64,000 nt of DNA from Pseudomonadota bacterium (GCA_021805685.1 JAJZET010000140.1:1923-65922); one strand, 5' to 3'; shown: positions 41,025 through 51,534, counted from the first letter of the stretch. Made by a program: numbers and translations. The notes: generated by a model not told the origin, from the letters alone.

Positions 41025-41783
41025 ATGAAGCGATCCGATATCTGGCGCCGAAGCCTGTTGCTCGGCGCCACGCTGCTTGCGCCCGGCGCCCATGCCGACG
41101 AGGCGCCTGCCAGCCCGTGGAGCGGAAGCCTGGCCCTGACCAGCGATTACCTGTTTCGCGGCATCTCGCAGACCGACCATCGCCCGGCCTTGCAGGCCGG
41201 ACTGGAATTCGACACGGCCGGCGGCTGGTATCTCGGCGGCTGGGGCAGCAACGTGAGCTGGCTGTCCGACGGCTCCACTGCCGCCCAGCCGGTGTCGAAC
41301 AGCCTGGAAGTCGATGCCTATGCCGGCAAGCGCGGCCAGCTCGGCAGTGACTGGACGTGGGACGCGGGCCTTTACGCCTACGCGTATCCGGGCCATTACC
41401 CGCACGGCTATACCAGTCCGCAGACGCTGGAGGGTTATGCCGCGCTGGGATGGAAAACGCTGACGATGAAGTATTCGCGCAGCTTCGGGAACCTGTTCGG
41501 CGTGGCCGGCAGCCACGGCAGCGACTACCTCGAACTGGCCTGGCAGCAGCCACTGGGAGCGGACTGGGCGCTGGCGGCACATGTCGGCCGGCAGCGGGTG
41601 GCCGGCCATTCCGCGGCCGACTACACCGACTGGAAACTCGGGCTAAGCCGCACGTTCGGCGCGCACTGGTCGTTGGCGCTGGAGTGGCACGACACCGATG
41701 CCCGTCGCGACGCCTACACCAACGTCCAGGGCGACTACCTCGGGCGCGCCACCGCGGTCATCAGCCTCGCCAAGACGCTCTGA
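41025..41783 (+). CDS. TorF-family putative porin (TIGR02001-like)
   Basis: Signal peptide, TSDYLFRGISQT..PALQAG, WGSNV, EVDAYAG, YTDWKLG. Confidence 0.85.
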   Translation: MKRSDIWRRSLLLGATLLAPGAHADEAPASPWSGSLALTSDYLFRGISQTDHRPALQAGLEFDTAGGWYLGGWGSNVSWLSDGSTAAQPVSNSLEVDAYAGKRGQLGSDWTWDAGLYAYAYPGHYPHGYTSPQTLEGYAALGWKTLTMKYSRSFGNLFGVAGSHGSDYLELAWQQPLGADWALAAHVGRQRVAGHSAADYTDWKLGLSRTFGAHWSLALEWHDTDARRDAYTNVQGDYLGRATAVISLAKTL

Positions 41784-41784
41784 T

Positions 41785-41910
41785 TGCACCTTCCTGGTGA
41801 TATTCGGCCGCCGATTGCCTCATCATTGGGCAAAACCACGGGCCGTGGCGCCGTCCATGTCGACGGATTGGCGCCACGGCGCCATTTCCAAGCTTGGCAT
41901 GTGGTTTGCT
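41785..41910 (+). promoter_or_regulatory. glnA sigma54 promoter with two NtrC enhancer sites
   Basis: TGCACCTTCCTGGTGAT (41785-801) and TGCCTCATCATTGGGCA (41816-32), 31 bp apart; TGGCATGTGGTTTGCT -24/-12 at 41895-41910. Confidence 0.85.
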
Positions 41911-41945
41911 GATGCCTGTTCCGTCATCCATCCACGAGGTTCGCC

Positions 41946-43355
41946 ATGTCCGCCAAGAAAGTGCTCGACCTGATCGTTGAACACGAGGTCGAGTTCGTCG
42001 ACTTCCGTTTTGCCGACATGCTCGGCAAGCACCATCACGTCACCTTCCCCGCGCACGCCATCGACGAAGGCACGTTCGAGGACGGCAAGATGTTCGACGG
42101 TTCGTCGATCAGCGGCTGGAAGGGCATCAACGAGTCGGACATGATCCTGATGCCCGACCCCGACACCGCCTACCTCGACCCGTTCAGCCAGCACACCCAG
42201 CTGGTCCTGCATTGCGACGTGCTGGAACCGAGCACCATGCAGGCCTACGGCCGCGATCCCCGCTCCATCGCCAAGCGCGCCGAGGCCTACCTGAAGTCCA
42301 CCGGCATCGCCGACACCGCCTTCTTCGGGCCGGAGCCGGAGTTCTTCATCTTCGATTCCGTGCGCTGGCAGAACGACATGGGTCGCGTGTTCTACGAAAT
42401 CGAGTCGCAGGAAGCCGCCTGGAGCTCGCGCTTCAAGTACGACGAAGGCAACACCGGCCACCGTCCCGGCGTGAAGGGCGGCTACTTCCCGGTCAGCCCG
42501 GTCGACTCGCTGGGCGACCTGCGCGCCGACATGTGCAAGGTGCTGGAATCGCTGGGCCAGCAGGTCGAGGTACACCACCACGAAGTGGCCAACGCCGGCC
42601 AGTGCGAGATCGGCGTGAAGTTCAACACGCTGGTGAAGAAGGCCGACGAACTGCTGACGATGAAGTACGTCATCAAGAACGTGGCGCATCAGAACGGCAA
42701 GACCGTCACCTTCATGCCCAAGCCCATCGTGGGCGACAACGGCTCGGGCATGCACGTGCACCAGTCGCTGGCCAAGAACGGCGAGAACCTGTTCGCCGGC
42801 GACCTGTACGGCGGCCTCAGCCAGACCGCGCTGTGGTACATCGGCGGCATCTTCAAGCACGCCAAGGCGATCAACGCCTTCGCCAACTCCACCACCAACA
42901 GCTACAAGCGCCTGGTGCCGGGCTTCGAGGCGCCGGTGATGCTGGCCTATTCCGCGCGCAACCGCTCGGCGAGCTGCCGCATCCCGTACGTGGCCAGCCC
43001 GAAGGGCCGCCGCATCGAGGTGCGCTTCCCCGATCCGATGAACTCCGGCTACTTGGTGTTCACCGCCCTGATGATGGCCGGCCTCGACGGCATCCTGAAC
43101 AAGATCGACCCGGGCGCCCCGGCCGACAAGGATCTCTACGACCTGCCGCCGGAAGAGGAAAAGAACATCCCGCAGGTGTGCTCCAGCCTCGACCAGGCGC
43201 TGGAAGCGCTGGACAAGGATCGCGACTTCCTCAAGGCGGGTGGCGTGTTCACCGATGACTTCATCGACGCCTACATCGACCTCAAGATGCAGGAAGTGAC
43301 CCGCTATCGCGCCAGCACGCACCCGCTGGAATTCCAGATGTACTACGCGCTGTAA
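41946..43355 (+). CDS. glnA: Glutamine synthetase type I
   Basis: [40 protein letters not shown] adenylylation site. Confidence 0.98.
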   Translation: MSAKKVLDLIVEHEVEFVDFRFADMLGKHHHVTFPAHAIDEGTFEDGKMFDGSSISGWKGINESDMILMPDPDTAYLDPFSQHTQLVLHCDVLEPSTMQAYGRDPRSIAKRAEAYLKSTGIADTAFFGPEPEFFIFDSVRWQNDMGRVFYEIESQEAAWSSRFKYDEGNTGHRPGVKGGYFPVSPVDSLGDLRADMCKVLESLGQQVEVHHHEVANAGQCEIGVKFNTLVKKADELLTMKYVIKNVAHQNGKTVTFMPKPIVGDNGSGMHVHQSLAKNGENLFAGDLYGGLSQTALWYIGGIFKHAKAINAFANSTTNSYKRLVPGFEAPVMLAYSARNRSASCRIPYVASPKGRRIEVRFPDPMNSGYLVFTALMMAGLDGILNKIDPGAPADKDLYDLPPEEEKNIPQVCSSLDQALEALDKDRDFLKAGGVFTDDFIDAYIDLKMQEVTRYRASTHPLEFQMYYAL

Positions 43356-43379
43356 GCACGTACACGCCGTGCCCGGCAT

Positions 43380-43411
43380 GCGAGGGGGAGGGCGCGAGCC
43401 TTCCCCTTCGC
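43380..43411 (+). terminator. Hairpin after glnA
   Basis: GCGAGGGGGAGGGC-GCGA-GCCTTCCCCTTCGC (includes G-U pairs), weak U tract. Confidence 0.5.
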
Positions 43412-43443
43412 CGTTTCGACGGGCAAGAAGTGACGCACCCTTC

Positions 43444-43478
43444 TTGCACCAAAATGGGGCAACCATCAAGATGGTGCA
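43444..43478 (+). promoter_or_regulatory. ntrB sigma70-type promoter overlapped by tandem NtrC sites
   Basis: TTGCAC-N17-CAAGAT-N6-ATG; TGCACCAAAATGGGGCA (43445-61) and ACCATCAAGATGGTGCA (43462-78). Confidence 0.7.
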
Positions 43479-44489
43479 ATGAAAGCACAGCCATGGCAGC
43501 GTTGGGCGGAGCAGCTGGCGACCGGGGTAGCCCAGGTCGACGCGGATCTGCGCGTGCGCTGGCTCAACGGCGCACTGGCGGAGCTGCTGGCCAGCGGCAT
43601 GCGCAGCGCGGTGGGCCAGCCGCTGTCGTTGTGGCTGTGTTCGCCGGACGACCTGGCGCAGGCGCAGCGTGCGCTGGACGAGGCGCGCTTCGTGCAATTG
43701 CGCGAGGTCGCGCTCTACGCCTTCGACGAGCGCACGCTGGAAGCCGACGTCGGCCTGCAACCCGATGGCGAGGGCGGACTGCTGGTCGAGGTGCATGCGC
43801 TGGCCCAGCGCTCGCGTACCGCGTCGCCGTTGTCCGCCACGCTGCGCGGCTTCGCGCACGAGGTGAAGAACCCGCTGGCGGGCCTGCGCGGTGCGGCACA
43901 ACTGCTGCAACGCCGGGTGGAAGGCGCGGAGCTGCAGGCACTGGCCGGACTCATCATCGACGAGGCGGACCGCCTCGCCAAGCTCGCGAACCGGCTGCTG
44001 CATCACGATGGCGCGGTACGGCTGGGCGCCGTGGGCATACACCAGTTGCTCGACCGCCTGGGCGAGCTGCTGCAAGCCGAACCCTCGCCGCCGCGGCTAC
44101 GCCTCGACTACGACCCCAGCCTGCCCGACGTGCGCGGCGACGCGGATCGCCTGCTGCAGGTGCTGCTCAACCTCGCGCGCAACGCGGTGGAGGCCGGTGC
44201 GCACACATTGGTGCTGCGCACCCGCGCCGAGCACGGCGTGCGCGCCGGCGCGCGTGTCCTGCGCAGCGCCCTGCGCGTGGACGTGATCGACGATGGCCCG
44301 GGCGTGCCCGCGGAGCTGCACGGCACGCTGTTCGAGCCGCTGGTGTCCGGTCGCGCCGACGGCACCGGCCTCGGCCTGGCGCTGTCGCGCGAAATCGCCC
44401 TGGAACACGGCGGCGAACTGCGCTGCACCAGCCGTCCCGGCGAGACGGTGTTTTCGCTGTACCTGCCGCTGGAGCGTGGGCATGAGTAA
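43479..44489 (+). CDS. ntrB: Nitrogen regulation sensor kinase NtrB
   Basis: PAS-like N-terminus, AHEVKNPLAGLRGAAQLL, DYDPSLP, DDGPG, GTGLGL. Confidence 0.92.
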   Translation: MKAQPWQRWAEQLATGVAQVDADLRVRWLNGALAELLASGMRSAVGQPLSLWLCSPDDLAQAQRALDEARFVQLREVALYAFDERTLEADVGLQPDGEGGLLVEVHALAQRSRTASPLSATLRGFAHEVKNPLAGLRGAAQLLQRRVEGAELQALAGLIIDEADRLAKLANRLLHHDGAVRLGAVGIHQLLDRLGELLQAEPSPPRLRLDYDPSLPDVRGDADRLLQVLLNLARNAVEAGAHTLVLRTRAEHGVRAGARVLRSALRVDVIDDGPGVPAELHGTLFEPLVSGRADGTGLGLALSREIALEHGGELRCTSRPGETVFSLYLPLERGHE

Positions 44490-45861
44490 CGACATCTGGA
44501 TCGCCGACGACGACCGCGGCGTGCGCTTCGTGCTGGCCGCGGCGCTGCGCGACGCCGGGCTCGCCGTGCGCGAGTTCGACGCGGCGGACGCGGTGCGCGC
44601 CGCCCTGCGCAAGGCGCGCCCGGCGCTGCTGCTCACCGATGTGCGCATGCCGGGCGAAAACGGGCTGGCCCTGCTGGAGGAACTCCAGGCACGCGGCATC
44701 GGCCCGGTGATCGTGATGAGCGCGTTCACCGACGTGGCCACCACCGCCGCGGCCTATCGCGCGGGCGCCGCGGACTACCTCGCCAAGCCCTTCGACCTCG
44801 ACCATGCAGTGGCCACGGTGCGCCGCGTGCTCGCCGATGGCGCAGAGGCCGCGGCACCGGCCGCGACGGCACCGGCTCCCACGCACGCGCTGCTGGGCGA
44901 AAGCGCGGCGATGCGCGAGGTATTCCGCCTGATCGGCCGCGTCGCGGCCAGCGACCTCAACGTGCTGGTCACCGGCGAGACCGGCACCGGCAAGGAACTG
45001 GTGGCGCGCGCGCTGCACGAGGAAAGCGCGCGGCGCGCGCAGCCCTTCGTGGCATTGAATACCGCGGCCATTCCGTCCGAGCTGCTGGAGAGCGAGCTGT
45101 TCGGCCACGAGGCCGGCGCCTTCACCGGCGCCACGCGGCGCGTGGCCGGCCGTTTCGAACAGGCCGAGGGCGGCACGCTGTTCCTCGACGAAATCGGCGA
45201 CATGCCGCTGGCGCTGCAGACGCGCCTGCTGCGCGTGCTTGCCGGCGGCGAGTTCTACCGCGTGGGCGGTCGCGAATTGATCCGCTGCAACGTACGCATC
45301 GTCGCCGCCACCCACCAGGACCTCGACGCACGCGTGGCCAGCGGGCAGTTCCGCGCCGACCTCAAGCATCGCCTCGACGTGGTGCGCATCGCGCTGCCTG
45401 CGCTGCGCGAGCGGCGCGAGGACATCCCGCTGCTGGCGCGGCACTTCCTCGCCGCCGTCGCGCAGGAACTCCGGCTGCCACCCAAGCGCTTCGCCAAGGC
45501 CACCCTGAAGGCGCTGGCGCAGCGCGAGTTTCCCGGCAACGTGCGCGAACTGGAGAATCTCTGCCGCCGCCTGGCGGTGATCGCGCCGGGCACGGAAATC
45601 CTGCCCGCCGACCTCGGCGCGACGCCCACGCCGGGCGCAGCGGGCGACTGGAGCGACGCGCTGCGCACATGGGCCACGCAGGCGCTGGCCGAGGGTGAAG
45701 CCGACATCCACGCCCGCGCCCGCGAGACGCTGGACCGCGTGCTGCTGGAAGCGGCCCTGGCGGTGCACGGCGGACACCGGCAGAACGCGGCCTTGGCGCT
45801 GGGCGTGGGCCGCAACACGCTCACGCGCAAGCTGGGGGCGTCGCGCGAACGCAAGCGCTAG
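44482..45861 (+). CDS. ntrC: Nitrogen regulation response regulator NtrC
   Basis: Receiver (TDVRMP), GETGTGKE, GAFTGA, LFLDEIGD, Fis-type HTH GRNTLTRK. Confidence 0.95.
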   Translation: MSNDIWIADDDRGVRFVLAAALRDAGLAVREFDAADAVRAALRKARPALLLTDVRMPGENGLALLEELQARGIGPVIVMSAFTDVATTAAAYRAGAADYLAKPFDLDHAVATVRRVLADGAEAAAPAATAPAPTHALLGESAAMREVFRLIGRVAASDLNVLVTGETGTGKELVARALHEESARRAQPFVALNTAAIPSELLESELFGHEAGAFTGATRRVAGRFEQAEGGTLFLDEIGDMPLALQTRLLRVLAGGEFYRVGGRELIRCNVRIVAATHQDLDARVASGQFRADLKHRLDVVRIALPALRERREDIPLLARHFLAAVAQELRLPPKRFAKATLKALAQREFPGNVRELENLCRRLAVIAPGTEILPADLGATPTPGAAGDWSDALRTWATQALAEGEADIHARARETLDRVLLEAALAVHGGHRQNAALALGVGRNTLTRKLGASRERKR

Positions 45862-45877
45862 GCAGGGGGCCGGGACT

Positions 45878-47767
45878 TCAGCGCACCTCTTCGGCCAGAT
45901 AGGTGTACGCGGTCAGCCCACCATCCAGCACGCGATACAGTGCCTCGGCCGGCTCGCCTGCGATGCCTGCGGCGGCGATGCGTTCGCGATAGCTCTGCCG
46001 CAACGCCTCCAGGTCGTAGCCCACGTAGTCCAGCATCAGGTCGGTGGTGTCGCCGCGGCGCTTGTGCGCGAACACGTACGAGCCGCCGTCCACGCGCACG
46101 TTCACCGCATCGGTGTCGCCAAATAGGTTGTGGATGTCGCCGAGCGTCTCCTGGTAGGCGCCGACCATGAAGATGCCGAGCCGATAGCTCTCGCCCTCGC
46201 GCAGCGCGTGCAGCGGCAGGCTCACGTCGACGCCCTCGGCATCGACGTAGTCGTCGATGCGGCCGTCGGAGTCGCAGGTGAGGTCGACGATCACGCCGCG
46301 CCGCGTCGGCGCCTCGTTCAGCCGTGCGATCGGCGCGATCGGGAAGATCTGGTCGATCGCCCAAATGTCCGGCACCGACTCGAACACCGAGAAGTTGACG
46401 AAGTACTTGTCCACCAGCTTCTCGTCCAGCTCGTCCAGCGCGGCGCGATGCGAGCGTTCGCCCGGCAGCAGGCGCGCGCGCACCGCGTTGGCGACGGCGT
46501 AGTACAGCTCGTCCAGCCGCGCGCGGTCGGCCAGCGCCAGCTGGCCCAGCGCGTACAGCGCCTGGCCCTCGGCGAGGTGGTGCTGGGCCTCGTGGAACAG
46601 TTCCAGCGCCGGGCGCTGGTCGAGTTCCGCGTGCACCTCGCGCAGGCGGCGCAACACCGCCGGCTCGTCGGCAGCCGGCGCGGGGATCGTGCCCTGCGGC
46701 ACCTCTTCCACCTCGCTTACGTTGACCACCAGCACCGCATGGTGCGCGGTCATCGCACGGCCGGCCTCGGTCAGGATGTGCGGCGCCTTCAGGCCCTCCG
46801 CCTCCACCGCTTCGGCCAGCGACTGCACGATGGTGGCGGCGTACTGCTCGATCGAGTAGTTGATCGAGTTGTGGCTGCGCGAGCGCGAGCCTTCGTAGTC
46901 GACGCCGAGACCGCCACCGACGTCGACGATCTCCAGCGGTACGCCCATGCGGGTGAGCTCGACAAAATAACGCGTGGCCTCGCGCATGCCGTTGGCGATG
47001 TCGCGCACGTTGGAGATCTGCGAACCCATGTGGAAATGCTGCAGCTTCAGCGTGTGCTTGAGCCCGGCCGCATCCAGCCGCTCGACCAGGGTGAGCACCT
47101 GCGCCGGCGACAGCCCGAACTTGCCCTTGTCGCCACCGGTGTTCTGCCACTTGCCGGCACCGATCGAGGCAAGACGCACGCGCACGCCCAGCAGCGGCTC
47201 CACGCCCAGCGCCTTGGCCTCGGCGAACACGTGGTCCAGCTCGGAGAGCTTCTCGATCACGATGTGCACGCGCAGGCCCAGCTTCTTGCCGATCAGCGCG
47301 AGGCGGATGTATTCGCGGTCCTTGTAGCCGTTGCAGATGACGATGGAGCCGGGCCGCGCCATCGCCAGCACCGCCATCAGCTCGGGCTTGGAGCCGGCTT
47401 CCAGGCCGAAGCCTTCGGCGCCGGCGGCAACCAGCTCGCCGGCCACGCCGCGCTGCTGGTTCACCTTGATCGGGTAGATGGCCGTATAGCCGGCCGCGTA
47501 GTGCCACTCGCCGATGGCCTTGGCGAACGCGGCCTGCAGCCTTGCCAGGCGGTCGGCGAGGATGTCCGGGAAGCGCACCAGCAGCGGCAGCCGCAGCCCC
47601 TCGGCACAGGCGCGCCCGACGATGGCCGGCAGCGACAGCGCGGGGCCGCGCGCTCCTTGCGGGCGGATCGCGATGTCGCCGGCTTCGCCGACGTCGACGT
47701 AGCCGTCGCCCCAATGGGTCACGGCATAGGTGTGGCGCGCATCGGCCACGGTCCAGGGCTTCGACAT
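45878..47767 (-). CDS. speA: Biosynthetic arginine decarboxylase
   Basis: YPIKVNQ, GLEAGSKPEL, DVGGGLGVDY, LTCDSDG, GAYQETLGDIHNLFG. Confidence 0.96.
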   Translation of the reverse strand: MSKPWTVADARHTYAVTHWGDGYVDVGEAGDIAIRPQGARGPALSLPAIVGRACAEGLRLPLLVRFPDILADRLARLQAAFAKAIGEWHYAAGYTAIYPIKVNQQRGVAGELVAAGAEGFGLEAGSKPELMAVLAMARPGSIVICNGYKDREYIRLALIGKKLGLRVHIVIEKLSELDHVFAEAKALGVEPLLGVRVRLASIGAGKWQNTGGDKGKFGLSPAQVLTLVERLDAAGLKHTLKLQHFHMGSQISNVRDIANGMREATRYFVELTRMGVPLEIVDVGGGLGVDYEGSRSRSHNSINYSIEQYAATIVQSLAEAVEAEGLKAPHILTEAGRAMTAHHAVLVVNVSEVEEVPQGTIPAPAADEPAVLRRLREVHAELDQRPALELFHEAQHHLAEGQALYALGQLALADRARLDELYYAVANAVRARLLPGERSHRAALDELDEKLVDKYFVNFSVFESVPDIWAIDQIFPIAPIARLNEAPTRRGVIVDLTCDSDGRIDDYVDAEGVDVSLPLHALREGESYRLGIFMVGAYQETLGDIHNLFGDTDAVNVRVDGGSYVFAHKRRGDTTDLMLDYVGYDLEALRQSYRERIAAAGIAGEPAEALYRVLDGGLTAYTYLAEEVR

Positions 47768-47978
47768 GGAGAGTCTCCTTGTGCAAACGGAAGAAGGCAT
47801 GTCGTCGCAGCGGCGAGCCTTGACGCAAGTGAGCACGAAGGGCCGGAAGCCTCGCACGCCGCGGGGCCGATCGCACCAGCCGGCGCGCGCGGCGCGCCGG
47901 AAGCGCCATTGTAACAGCCCATCCGCTACAGCTCGGCTACAATGCGCGGCCAAACCGCGTCCATCCCCAGGAACACCC

Positions 47979-48833
47979 ATGTCGCAGCAGACCAGCTGGT
48001 TCACCGAGGCCCACCAGGCCTCCGGCTCCTCCATCGGCTTCCGCACCGAGCAACTGCTGCACGCGGAGAAGACCCCGTTCCAGACCATCGAGATCCACCA
48101 GACCACCGACTGGGGCAAGCTGATGGTGATCGACGGCTGCGTGATGCTCACCAGCCGCGACAACTTCCTCTACCACGAGATGATGACCCACCCGGCGCTG
48201 TTCACCCATGCGCGCGCCAAGCGCGTGGTGATCATCGGCGGCGGCGACTGCGGCACCCTGCGCGAGGTGCTGAAGCACGAGGAAGTGGAACACGCCGTGC
48301 AGGTGGAGATCGACGAGCGCGTCACCCGCCTCGCCGAGCAGTACTTCCCCGAGCTGTGCGAATCGAACCACGACCCGCGCGCCGAACTCCTGTTCATCGA
48401 CGGCATCAAGTACATGGCCGAGGCCGAGCCGGAGTCGATCGACCTGGTGATCGTGGACTCTACCGATCCGGTGGGCCCGGCCGAGGGCCTGTTCAACGCC
48501 GCGTTCTACGCCAGCTGCTTCAAGGCGCTGCGCCACGGCGGCCTGCTGGTGCAGCAGAGCGAATCGCCGCTGGCGCACATCGAGCTGATCAAGTCGATGC
48601 GTGCGGCGATGCGCACCGCCGGCTTCAGCGCGGTGAGGACGCTGCCGTTCCCGCAGCCCTGCTATCCCACCGGTTGGTGGAGCTGCACCATGGCGCGCAA
48701 GGGCGGCGACCTCAGCGGCTTCCGCGAGCGCGGTGCCTCCGCCAAGAACTTCCCCACCCGTTATTACAACGCCGAGATCCACAAGGCTGCGCTGGCGCAG
48801 CCGGAATTCATGCGTGAGGCGCTGGGGGACTGA
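47979..48833 (+). CDS. speE: Spermidine synthase (polyamine aminopropyltransferase)
   Basis: YHEMMTH, IIGGGDCG, VEID, IVDSTDP. Confidence 0.95.
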   Translation: MSQQTSWFTEAHQASGSSIGFRTEQLLHAEKTPFQTIEIHQTTDWGKLMVIDGCVMLTSRDNFLYHEMMTHPALFTHARAKRVVIIGGGDCGTLREVLKHEEVEHAVQVEIDERVTRLAEQYFPELCESNHDPRAELLFIDGIKYMAEAEPESIDLVIVDSTDPVGPAEGLFNAAFYASCFKALRHGGLLVQQSESPLAHIELIKSMRAAMRTAGFSAVRTLPFPQPCYPTGWWSCTMARKGGDLSGFRERGASAKNFPTRYYNAEIHKAALAQPEFMREALGD

Positions 48834-48837
48834 GCGC

Positions 48838-49032
48838 TCAGAACAGCTTGGCGCGCGCCTTGGGCAGCAGCACAAGCACCAGCGTCGCCAGCGGACCGAA
48901 CGGCAACGACAGCAGGAACCACAGCAGGCCACTGCGGTTCTTGCCCTGTGCAAGCCCGGCGTTGATCAGCGCCAGCGTGCCCCAGCCGGCAAACCACGGC
49001 GCGCCGTCGGCAAAGCTCGAAAAATGATCCAC
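48838..49032 (-). CDS. Small two-TM hypothetical membrane protein
   Basis: GWGTLALINAGLAQGKNRSG..WFLLS..FGPLAT; GTG start. Confidence 0.65.
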   Translation of the reverse strand: MDHFSSFADGAPWFAGWGTLALINAGLAQGKNRSGLLWFLLSLPFGPLATLVLVLLPKARAKLF

Positions 49033-49205
49033 GGCTGTCTTTTGCCCCCTGCGGTGGGTGCTGCGCGCGCGCGCAATCGGACAGCCATCCTAACAACCCA
49101 GCCTCGCATGCGTTCAACACCCGGACCCACGGCTTAGAAACCGTTCAGAGCATCCGGGAGGATCGACCGCTAAGCTGGCGGCCTTGGCGACTGCTGGAGC
49201 ACCTC

Positions 49206-50237
49206 ATGCGTGGATGGCGATGCCTCGCCCTTGCTTGCGTCCTGTCGCTGGCTGCGGCAAGCGCCGTTGCGGGCGACACCAGCCCGCCCGACGCCGGCCA
49301 GGCCCGCGCCCACGCATTGCAGTCGTTCCAGCGCGACCTGGTCAGCGTGCTGGCCTTGCGCGCCGAGGCGCAGCCGCTGCTGGGTGCGGCGCTGCTGGCC
49401 CGGCCGTTGCCTCGGCAGGGCAAGGGCGCCAGCTTCCACGCGCTGATCGACCGCGCCGTCGCCGCCAGCGACGCCGGCCCTGCCGTGCAGTGGGCGCGAC
49501 TCGCCGATTGCGACACCCGGGGCGACGCCTGTCCCAACCCGACGGCGCTGCGCAAACTCACCGAGCAGGCGCCGGACAACGCCGCGGTTTGGCTGCTCAA
49601 GCTGGACATCGACACGCGCGATGTGAAATCCAAGGCCGCGCGCGCCGATCTCGCCAAGGCCGCCGCCAGCAAGCTCTACGACGACTACACCGGCAGCAGC
49701 CTCACTGCGCTGGCCAGCGTGGTGGGCACGCTGCCTCCGCCGCCGGCAACGCAGGGGGCCGCCGGCCCGGCCGGCGTGCAGGCGCTGCTGGTGCTGGCCA
49801 ACGCCAGGCTGCAGCCTCGTCCGGTGCTGCCGGTGGCGGCCCAGATGTGCGACGGCGCCGGCGACGATGCGGCGCGCAAGGCCGACTGCCTGCGGCTGGG
49901 CAAGCTGCTGGAATGGGGCTCCAGCCCGTTGTCGCGCTCGCTGGGCCTGCACCTGTGCGAAGTACTCGGCGACCCTGCCGAGCAGGCCGCCGCGCGGCAG
50001 CAGCGCCGCGACCTGACCTGGCAGGTGCAGAACTACTCGCAGCTGGCGCTGCGGGCGCAGGACGACCCCGCGCTGGCACAGCTGCTGCTGGCCACCGCCC
50101 GGCAGGGCGGCACCGAGATGGCCCAGATCACCGCCGTGCTGCGCGGCCGCGGCATCTCGCTGACCGCGCCGGGCAGCTGGCAGCCGCCATCCGCCGACGC
50201 CGCGCAGGACACCTCGGCGTCGGCACACTCCCCTTGA
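49206..50237 (+). CDS. Secreted Cys-containing hypothetical protein
   Basis: Signal peptide, GGAG RBS, paired cysteines, APDNAAVWL. Confidence 0.7.
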   Translation: MRGWRCLALACVLSLAAASAVAGDTSPPDAGQARAHALQSFQRDLVSVLALRAEAQPLLGAALLARPLPRQGKGASFHALIDRAVAASDAGPAVQWARLADCDTRGDACPNPTALRKLTEQAPDNAAVWLLKLDIDTRDVKSKAARADLAKAAASKLYDDYTGSSLTALASVVGTLPPPPATQGAAGPAGVQALLVLANARLQPRPVLPVAAQMCDGAGDDAARKADCLRLGKLLEWGSSPLSRSLGLHLCEVLGDPAEQAAARQQRRDLTWQVQNYSQLALRAQDDPALAQLLLATARQGGTEMAQITAVLRGRGISLTAPGSWQPPSADAAQDTSASAHSP

Positions 50238-50285
50238 TCGCGCTTAGCGGTTAGGCTTGCGCCAACCTTCGCGACGAGGTGTCCC

Positions 50286-50921
50286 ATGCTTACGACGCTG
50301 GTGGCAAGCAGCAAGGGCGGGTGCGGCAAGAGCACGCTGGCGACGCAACTGGCGTCGCACTGGGCGCAGGCCGGGCAGAACACCGCCATCGCGGATGCCG
50401 ATCGCCAGGGTTCCAGCTACCGTTGGGCCGGACGCCGGCCCGACAACGTGCCCGGCGTGCTCGGCCTGGAAGGCAGCCGCAAAGCGCTGCAGAAAGTGCC
50501 CGCCGACACCCGGCAATTGCTGATCGACACGCCGGCCGGTGTCGGCGAACGCGAACTGGAGCCGTTCGTCGAAATCGCCAGCGTGCTGCTGGTACCGGTG
50601 CTGCCATCCAGCTTCGACCTCGACGCCACCCTGCATTTCCTCGGCGAGCTGCAGGCGATCAAGCGCATCCGCAACGGCAAGTTGCCGGTGGCACTGGTGG
50701 CGAACCGGCTCAAGCCGTGGACGCACGCCAGCCAGGACGCGGTGCAGCAGCTCGCCGCCGAGTCGCCGTTCCCCATCGTCGCCCAGTTGCGCGACAGCCA
50801 GGCCTACGTGCTGCTTGCCTCGCTCGGCAAGGGCATCTTCGACTACCAGTCCGAACAGGTGCGCAGCCATCAGGAAGACTGGAAGCCGCTGTTGCGCTGG
50901 ATCAAGCGCCAGGCAGCCTGA
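50286..50921 (+). CDS. Short orphan ParA/MinD-family ATPase
   Basis: KGGCGKST deviant Walker A, DADRQGS, IDTPAG, PVLPSSFD. Confidence 0.88.
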   Translation: MLTTLVASSKGGCGKSTLATQLASHWAQAGQNTAIADADRQGSSYRWAGRRPDNVPGVLGLEGSRKALQKVPADTRQLLIDTPAGVGERELEPFVEIASVLLVPVLPSSFDLDATLHFLGELQAIKRIRNGKLPVALVANRLKPWTHASQDAVQQLAAESPFPIVAQLRDSQAYVLLASLGKGIFDYQSEQVRSHQEDWKPLLRWIKRQAA

Positions 50922-50956
50922 GCGCGCCACGCCCATCACCATTCACGGAGTCCTCC

Positions 50957-51430
50957 ATGCACGAACTGATCCTGCTGCGCCATGCCGAAGCCGTGTCCGC
51001 CGACGGCGGCGACGACCGCCAACGCGGGCTGAGCGCGCATGGCCGGCGCGAAGCGGAGGATGCCGGCACGTGGCTGGTCAACCACGGCGCCCGGCCGCAG
51101 CGCGTGCTGTGTTCGCCGGCACGGCGCACCATGGAGACCGCGCAGCTCGCGCTGGCCGCGCTGGCCGATGCACCGTCGCCGCTGGAAGCCGGCGAAATCT
51201 ACGATGCCACGCCGGGCGAACTGCTCGCCTTGCTCGACCAGCACGCCGATGCCGGCACCGTGATGCTGGTGGGCCACAATCCCGGCATCGAGCGACTGGT
51301 GGCGCTGCTGGTGGAAGGCCGTTCGGACGAATTCCGCGGCATGCCGCCGTGCGGACTGGCGGTGTTGCATCTCAGCGGCGCGCTCGAGCCGGCCTGTGCC
51401 CGCCTCGACGCGTTCTGGTCCCCGCGTTGA
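50957..51430 (+). CDS. sixA: SixA-type phosphohistidine phosphatase
   Basis: LILLRHAEA, CSPARRTMET, LVGHNPG. Confidence 0.82.
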   Translation: MHELILLRHAEAVSADGGDDRQRGLSAHGRREAEDAGTWLVNHGARPQRVLCSPARRTMETAQLALAALADAPSPLEAGEIYDATPGELLALLDQHADAGTVMLVGHNPGIERLVALLVEGRSDEFRGMPPCGLAVLHLSGALEPACARLDAFWSPR

Positions 51431-51534
51431 ATCCGTCCCCCGCCACCGCCGCCCGCCGGCGGTGAACGAAACCGCCCCGGCCCTGTCTCATCGCGGCCTG
51501 CCCGGGGCCTGACGCCTCGCCGACTCCACCGTAC

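Noticed and set aside
41842-41880. 11-bp inverted repeat between the NtrC boxes and the glnA sigma54 promoter
   Set aside because: Most simply a terminator or stabiliser for the porin transcript; no U tract or other support for a separate element.
50286-50921. ParA as evidence of a plasmid or integrated element
   Set aside because: No parB, rep, integrase or att-like boundaries; flanked by core genes.
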